In this document: positions 55,517 through 64,000 of the stretch, in pieces
How the letters are laid out: each line of letters opens with the position of its first letter
How positions within the stretch are numbered: the stretch's first letter is position 1
Source: Chrysomallon squamiferum
Lineage: Eukaryota > Animalia > Mollusca
NCBI GenBank assembly: GCA_012295275.1
Contig: CM022673.1
Span: 18,290,001 to 18,354,000 of the forward strand
Direction of reading: 5' to 3'
Length of the DNA stretch: 64,000 nucleotides
The notes under the pieces: generated by a model
Seen by the model: only the letters and a program-made list of their open reading frames with translations
What the model was told of the DNA's origin: nothing
The model's database searches: none
Made by a program: the position numbers and the translations under genes

Positions 55517-57324
55517 GTTTGCCTGCCAATCTGTCTCACTCTTTTGACTCTATATGTTTCATTCTTTTTTTCTTTCCTCTCTCTATCTCTCTCTCGGGAT
55601 TTGTCTTTCCTTTTTGTTCAATTGTAACTGTTAAAATAAAATAAAATAATAAGATAACCTGTTTTCGTACTGTCTAAACAGTCTATAACAAACAAGGAGA
55701 TTAACTGACATACACTACAGTCTAGTTATCAGTCGTGATTAGACAGTGATCAATGTTTTCTTTCCTTTCATCGATTCTTTCCCTCGGCCATTGCTGGCCT
55801 CATTTACAAAGATGCCGATTAAAGTCATAATATTATTATACATATGGGGGATTACTTACATAAATATAAATATACATAGGCATATTACACACACGCACAC
55901 ACACAGACGTACACAAACATACATACATATAGGTTTTTCTGTACATATGTCTGTTTGCACGACTGTGTTTGAATAAATTACTTTCTGTCTTTTTGTGATA
56001 TACGTTTTGTCTTTTCTCTATCTGAATCTGTGTTAAATTCTCCACAGTAAATTTACTGATTTGTTTTACTAAAGACCTATTTCTGTTTAGTTTATTCTTC
56101 TTCTTTTCATTATTATTATTATTATTGTTAATTTTTGGATATATATATATTCAGCGATAATTTAATGTTTTATTATATGAGCTGATTTTTGCTTCCTCTT
56201 TGTTATGGTTTCAATTATTCCAGTGTGTATTTCTTTTCATTTTTTTTTCATTTAATTATACTGTCCATATTACGATCTTGTCATTTTTGGGGGCACTGTT
56301 GCACTAAATTGTAATGGCTGTAAAATAGGATAAAAATAATCTTTATGACAAGCTCATTTTTCTCTTCTGCTTCTTCTGCTGAAGTTCAATAGATATGAAG
56401 CAAGCAGTATGCAGACAAAGCGATATATATAAAAAATAAGAATTACACGTATGGAATCCAAAGAAAGGAATATACGACTTCCTTGCTGGCAGGAACGTCG
56501 TACTTCAGTTTCGTTATCTTATGCAAACCTGGATATCAACTTTAAATCTGTCCTCGAGCTTATGAGTCTGTGTGCAAAAAACAAACAAACAAAGAAAAAA
56601 ATTCATTTCTCATTTAATCCTTTTCAAATCTCTTTTTGTAGTCTGCTTCGTGCAGAGATTACCTTTCCATTTTTATACAATAAAATAAAGTTTAAACTGA
56701 CTTCAAATTAGATAATTTTTATAAATGTTCAGTGAATTGTGACTATGAGCAAATTTTGTAGAAGATTTTAAATTTAATCTATTCTTTTTCTCTCTTTCTC
56801 TTTCTATCTTTCTCGATCTCTAATTGTTTTGTGTCTTTCTCTATATGTAGTTCTCTCTTTTACATTCAAAACTTAATTATTTTCAAAGCAGAACTCTTTA
56901 TTTGTAGTCAGTTAAAAATATACAGAGAATCTTTCCAATATATTTTTTAATCACACGGTGATTATAGCAAAGTGATTTCTCGGTCATCTATTCAAGGTTC
57001 TAAAATTTCCCGAAGCTGTTTCAGAGACGTGAATAAATAAAAAACTGAATTATCGTTTAATGTCATAAAAAGCGTTTTAATATTAACGAATGTTTGCTAT
57101 TCAAACACATGATTTTAGCTGATGATGATAAAACTTCAAGCACTGGGACACTGTTTTGTATTTGATACAGAATATTTTATGTACAATTGTACACAACATT
57201 TGAGAAACGTGTCACTGGGCTCTGGATTAAAAAATTAAACAATGGATGTAACGTTGTTAAGCCTGTTAATTCTGTATGTGTGTGTGTGTGCGTGTGTACG
57301 TGTGTGCTTGTCTGTGTGTATAAT

Positions 57325-57398
57325 TCTGGTACAAATCCGTGTCTTTAGTTACATCTGAATTATTACAGTTCCTTGAAATGTAAGGTGTTTCGTTATAT
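57325..57398 (+). repeat. Copy 2 of the ~70-bp dispersed direct repeat
   Basis: About 90% identical to the 55095-55168 copy over the 50-bp core. Confidence 0.8.
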
Positions 57399-58055
57399 GT
57401 AACTACTATGAAAAGTTTTTTTTACCAGCATTCATTAATTCTGAAGCTAATTTCTCAGTTATTTCGATATTTTATTTGTAAGATGACTTTATAATCAGCT
57501 AGACAAACATCTGCTGTTTTATCCTTGACAGGATAACTAAAAAAATAAAAAGCCTCTTAAAATATTCTGTTTGTTATTTATATCTCTTGCAGTTTTCATT
57601 TCATCGCTGGTTTCTGGGTATTATACTTTTAACGTTGTGGTTGTTCTGCATTGCTAGGTAACGATGTTATGTCGTCTGTCAGACGTACACGACGTGCCGC
57701 AGTGCGCCAGTGATCGCGACATCTTCGTTCACTGATGTCAGTGAAGAAAACAGTCATTTTTATCTTTAAAGGGATCGTAAAGTAGCTTCTGTCTATTATT
57801 AGATTGTTTAACAAAATGTCTAATATTAAAACAGAATAAAAGAAATATAAACGTTCGTATCATTACGCAGTATGAGAATACAGAAACATAAAAAATTGTC
57901 TTAAGAAATATAAATACTGTCTGGTGAGGATAATAATTGATAAATCATGAACTAATATGAATGTGTTATTTATATTAGATTTCTGGTGCTGAATGATGCT
58001 GTGTGATATTTCTTTTCCTTTTAATAACAACAATAACAACAACAACAACAACAAC

Positions 58056-58088
<33 letters not shown>

Positions 58089-58478
58089 AGTATTATAAAC
58101 TATATACTCATTCCTGATAACTTGGACAAAAATCAGTTATGATTCCGCAACTTCAAATAGAAATTTAAATAAGAGTTAGCCAATCAGATAACGTGTCATA
58201 TTCATTTGCTGAGCAGACTGCTGTAATAATAGTTTTAATTGGTTGTCAGTTACTCAAGACAAATTATGATCAGTCAGTTCCCTGGTTACTGAAAGAGAAA
58301 ATAAATCTGTCAACTTGTTATAATGAATTGCGAAGAGGTCATAATTACAGTAATCTATTTTCTCCGTACCTGTCATTTTAGTTATGTCACACCTTTGTTA
58401 TTCAATCAGTCGTCTGTCTGAAGAGTGATAACATGCACTGAAAACTGAGCACATCTGTCAGGCTCCTGATACACACAC

Positions 58479-58540
58479 CAGACTCTATATACACAGTGCA
58501 GACTTCATATACACAGTGCAGACTTCATACACACAGTTCA
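58479..58540. repeat. 20-bp tandem repeat x3 (CAGACTTCATATACACAGTG)
   Basis: Direct reading. Confidence 0.8.
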
Positions 58541-59213
58541 CATTCCAGACACAGACAATTATTTCTATTACAAGCGATTTGAAATTATTCTCAACTAGTC
58601 TGTTGAAATTAAAATTCTGACAGCAATAATTTTTCAATTTACTAACCGACGACTTGTCTAGAAGTAAAAGGATACATTTAGTGACTTGAAGAAAACATCT
58701 AAATATATTCTGTGCACCTCCATTTTAATATATTTTTATTTTTATTTTTTATTTTTGTTTTGTTAAGCATTTGTTCGTACCGAGAGACCTTAAATCTATC
58801 TCAGCATCACTACAGTCATGTAGAAATTTCTAGATAAAAATAATCTCTTTTCGAGATAAATCTCCAGAGAACTGCATGACAATTTAAATATTTATCTCAC
58901 TTTAAGTATTTATCACGTTTATTACTGTCCTGCTTTCAGCGTATAGAAATTGTTTTAAAGTGAAATATCAGACATTTTGTTATATTCATTTACAAAAATG
59001 TTGAACTTGTTTTAAAATCACTGATCAAAATTTTAGTCGATCTACAGCAGAGATCAGGTTATAAAAGTTTGTTTAACAGTTTCATGTGGAAATCATGTTG
59101 TAAGGTATTCTTATAATCCAAATTCTGATAGTTGTCTGACATCGTGAAACTACATTACGTGTTTGTATGTTTGAGTGTTTGTATGTATATATGCATGTGT
59201 AAGTGCATATGTC

Positions 59214-59254
<41 letters not shown>

Positions 59255-61380
59255 GTACGAATATAGTGTAATCCAGAGTCCACGGCAGAAATTAAACATA
59301 AAGTGTTTATTTAAGATAAGATAAATGTTTGATTTAGTTTGTTTGAATGTAACTGTATGTGAAACAAAATAATCGTCTGTTACTGATCACAGTAACTACG
59401 TGTGTTAATGTTTATGTTTGCACTTGAGCTTTGAAAAGCAGGAACTAATAAGTACTGTATTTTCTCTTTATTATTAGTTATTTTCCTTATTCTTTACGTG
59501 CTGCATTTTTGTGGTCATCTGTCCATTTGTTAATTAGTCATATTTCCTGTTGCAGTTAGTTGATTCGTCTGTCGGCTAGTGTGCGTGGTTTGTTCACAGT
59601 TTATTCTCTAGTTTGTCAGTGTCTGTTTTTCTGTTCAGTTTAAGAAAGTAAAACCTCAGTTCTTGCTCAAGAAACATCTCTTTTTGTGCTTATTAACAAA
59701 ACTCTCATAGAAATATACTAAACTTATTAAAAAAAAAAAATTACAAATTTTGTGCAGAAAATTTCACAAAATCTGTATTTTCTATCTGGGTTATTGTACT
59801 ATTTAACACTGGTGATAATATTGCTTAATTGCTTCCGGTATGTTTTGAAAATTGAGATTGGCGTCTAGAAAGTAACATTTTACAGAGTATCCAATCGCAT
59901 TAATTCTTACAAATGACTGCTTGAAATATAGATTTACGGCTGCCGATAACCATGTTTTCATTTCGTTCTGATTTCAACAAGAAATATCTTTTGAACTGAA
60001 TATGGCTTTTGACGCCTCTTCTTCACAGTCTACAATTGCCTAATTTGGTTCTTTATACAAACCTGTCATATTGATTTCGTGCGGTCGTTTCTCCGATGAA
60101 TGAAACGTTTTTGAAGGAGACAGTCTAACACTGCGCTCTGTATTCGACTCGCAACAAATCTGTCAGTGTATCAAATGTTAATTTTCATTTTTTCGTCTGA
60201 TTAGATTTTCGCTGTAACAGTCGAGAAACATATTATTGAGGGTCACGACCTCTCTAGCGCAGGATATAAAATATATTCAGTTCAAGGTTTCCTCATATAC
60301 ATTGCAGATATATTTTAATGATTTATATAACACAGACAGCATTGTCACTAAATTAGCAGAAATATTCCTAGGCTGTATGGATCGACTACTGAACAAGTAG
60401 AGTATTTACACGAAGAAGATTCAAGCTTAAGTCAAAAGATATACAGTCTCATTTGAATCATTTAAAAGATTCTTATTCTGATCTTGTCTCGAACGAAATG
60501 AAAAGAATAATTAAATTATTTCATATTTTCTATGATGAAAATGTCTGATAGGTATTAGTGAAAATAATATCATCTGTAAATTATTTTAAATTCTGAGCCA
60601 AATTTATCAGTGAATAAGATCCCTAATCGTGTAAACAGTAAAATTTCACCAATGCAGTATCTGTCTCTTAGTGGAACTTACAGACATCTTGAAACAATTT
60701 TTTTTTCTGTAAGTAAATACAGTTAACACACACACACACACACACACACTAATCATATGTGTTTTGGGTTTCGTTTGTTTCAGAAACTATGACTATCACT
60801 ACATTGTACATGTTGGCTTAACAGCATCGTTCACTCAGAACGTAAAATACAAACTATCTACAATAACTTTTAAAAACTTTAACCATACTGACACTAGATC
60901 TGCTAGCTGACATTTTAGATACAGTTTTAACACTGCAAAATGCCATGAGATTTTAACGTGTCAAATGATACAAATGTCTGCTAAAATGAATTTAGAAATT
61001 GAACTATTAAATAACAAGCTACAAAAAACAATAACAAAATAAAATAAATAAAAAACTATAAAAACAATAAATAAATAAATAGACATTTAAAAAAAACCCC
61101 AAAAACCAAACAACAACAACAAAACATAAAAAATGCACATATGAGTATACTGTAATCTTAAAACTGACACTTGTAATATGCTGATTATGCTGATAGAAAC
61201 TAACGTGTCGGTGTATTCGATATTATCAGAGTGTTGCCAGTAGTTATCCCTCATTACAAAACACTTGATTACTCAGACAAATATCAGTAAGCAATTCAAT
61301 TATCATGGTAAGAACAAAAAATAACAATGACTGGTGATATATACAGTAGAAGTATCTGCAACTTAATTAATTATTTTTTC

Positions 61381-61468
61381 ACAGACATTTATAAAGTATG
61401 TGTTAATTCACAGTCGTTTATAAAATATATGTTAAAGTACAGGCATTTATAAAGTATGTGTTAATAGA
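61381..61468. repeat. ~29-bp tandem repeat x3 (ACAGACATTTATAAAGTATGTGTTAA..)
   Basis: Direct reading; imperfect copies. Confidence 0.7.
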
Positions 61469-61927
61469 GAATATGAAAAAAAAAGTATTAATATACTCGT
61501 ATTTATGTTCATGTATCTGTCATACATGTGGCAAATATACATTTATCTGTAATAGATGTCTTAATGTACAGTTATAACCAAAAATGATAGGATTATTTAA
61601 AACGCATTTTAGTAAGATTTTGTCTCAAAACATGTTTATTTGCAATAAATGTTGTTTAAATCTGATTTTCCAATTTTTGTGGTGTTCAGTGTGAAAATTC
61701 TTATTTTAATGATAAGGCTGTGGTAACAAACGATTTTGTTTGGCATCTAAATAAATATTTCGATAGATAAAATTCACATTTTATAAAACACAATATTCAA
61801 TACAGATATTCAGTATGACAGGTTTGTATAAATAACCAAATTAGGCAATTGTAGACTGTGAAGAAGAGGCGTCAAAAGCCATATTCAGTTCAAAATGAAC
61901 CTTATTTTAGTACATGGCAGTTTGAAC

Positions 61928-62240
61928 CAGGGATCACCAACACGGTAACCCGGGAACCAGGTATCCCCAAGAACCACACGAGTCGCCCGCAGGTCAACAG
62001 AATTAAAGTTGAATATCGATGTTATCTGTATCCAGCCTTGTTAAGTCACTGCTGATAGTTACTGTGAGAAATCATTAACGTGATCGGTGTCTTCACATAG
62101 ATGGGGATCATTAATAATAGTATATAATTAAAGATAAACTGAACAACTTTGTTATTTCTGAAGAGTGTAAGAAACTGATAGCCCGTACGACTCAGTACCT
62201 ATGAAGTAGCTCTCATATTCAAAATGGTTGGTGACCCCTG
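61928..62240. mobile_element. hAT (Charlie-like) MITE, 313 bp
   Basis: TIRs CAGGGATCACCAAC / GTTGGTGACCCCTG match 13/14. Flanks GTTTGAAC / GTTTAAAA match 6/8 (TSD). Confidence 0.8.
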
Positions 62241-63091
62241 GTTTAAAATAAGCTTTATCGCATGAAGAACAAAGTATACTAACTTGAATATCTGTAATAT
62301 TTATTTTTAAAATTTGTTAAAACGCATGTTATTCACAATTCTCTTCATAAACAGATAAAATGAAATTACGTTTTACATATAGAATGTTTCCCTGTTGAGC
62401 CAAAAAGTAATTCTAGTTATTTATATTTAATAACTGGGTATGTAAATGTCACTAAAACATGTAGAATTAACTCAACATGATTTCAGTACAAGACGCTGAT
62501 TATGTAAACAAAAAACATTTCTGTTTCTTAATGCGAAATGTAATCCACATTTCACATTTCAATTTTCTTAGTGTGATACATATTACCTTCATTTGTGAAG
62601 TGAAAAGAATAATATACGTGATAAAAGTGTAAGAAAAAACAGTTTGTTACAAAACAAATCATATGACAAAAAAATTATTATCCCATTTTCAAGATTAAAC
62701 ACCAGTTACTCCATTTTTACGTTCATAATTTTGCGAGTGTGTCGTGTTCAAAAATGTTCTAAGAAAAGTTAAAATAAGATAAATAATATTTGAACTGCTT
62801 TTCTCTGTTTTACATTTTATAAAGGAATGGGGAGATAAATTTGTAGAATTTTTTATTTATTATAATTTTGATCTTGTTTCACTGATTAATCTTAAGACGA
62901 TACTAAAATAAACGTCATTGTTTTAGATACAACTCCATGCAGTATAAACCTTTAGAATCATTTATACTAAAAATATCTCATTCACTTGCTAAGTGTACTG
63001 TCATAGTAAATATCAGAACGATATCGAATTGAAACCTGTCTGTAGATCAGCAAAGTTCATTTTTTAATCGACCTATTTGAATACTGAAACT

Positions 63092-63130
<39 letters not shown>

Positions 63131-64000
63131 TTTCACAATGGAAAAAAAAATCTTAAGCTATAATTTAATAACAAAATACAACGCGATACAAAACAAATTT
63201 AACTCTGTTTTGAATACATGCATTCATTATCTCAAATAATATAAGAATATTTTAGAAAAAAAAATTCAAAACAAAGTAAAAAGAGTTAAAGAGGAAAAAA
63301 ATGTATGTTTGACTTTCCAGTTGAAGTGAGGTTATTCACTTAGTCATTCGCTTCAAATATGTTTTTTTTTATTTTTTTGCTTTCCATTTTCTTTCTTTTC
63401 TATGCTTTTTCTACGTGTGACGGGGTACATTTTGTTGCTTTTTGAAGTACTGGGGGAGGTAATGAATAGTTTTCTTTATTCTTAAATTTATAATTTTGTT
63501 CTGGTTATTATTCTTGTTTTATATGTGTACTTGTATGTTTGTCTATATGGTTGTATTTATGTACATATGTATATATGTGTGTGTATATATATATATGTTT
63601 ATCTATGTATGTATGTATGTATTTATGATTGTGTGTATGTGTAAATGTATGTGTGGGTATGCTTCTCTGTGTATATATATGTATATGTGTGTGTGTGTAT
63701 GTGTGTGTGTGTGTGTGTGTGTTTTTGTGTGTGTTTTTGTGTGTGTAAATCACAAAATTTCATATCTATTAGTTAATTTATCATTTAAAACTTTCTTCCA
63801 GTAAGTAGCTTGTTGTGACAGAAAAGTTTCGTCTTGTTGTAGAAAATGAGTTGCAGACTCATGGACTGAGCAAGTTAAAATAACTCAGAAAGACATCTTT
63901 TCTGCGGCGTTTTCCAGATGCAGAACAGAAAGTACTAACACACTTTAATTACAGTTTGCGAATTCAAACTCTGCCGTAATTTCAGTAAATTACAGTCAAC

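Overview
This is AT-rich, microsatellite-dense eukaryotic (animal) genomic DNA. The repeat types and the receptor suggest an invertebrate, probably a mollusc or other lophotrochozoan (inference). Two spliced + strand genes can be built by hand with consistent GT-AG phases. The first is a 6-exon, 536-aa protein I do not recognise (3495..6955), with a Cys4 cluster and a motif-rich disordered tail; a dense bZIP-site cluster lies about 500 bp upstream of its ATG exon. The second is a 4-exon, 380-aa class A GPCR of the kisspeptin-receptor (KISS1R/GPR54) type (12698..17042). The remaining ~47 kb has no convincing host CDS. It holds hAT-type MITEs (one carrying five perfect 67-bp repeats), two decayed pogo-like DNA transposons, possible piggyBac and SINE relics, minisatellites, many microsatellites and isolated GC-richer islands with promoter-type motifs. 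Most ORFs in the supplied track are microsatellite artefacts. There is no CRISPR array and no prokaryotic system.
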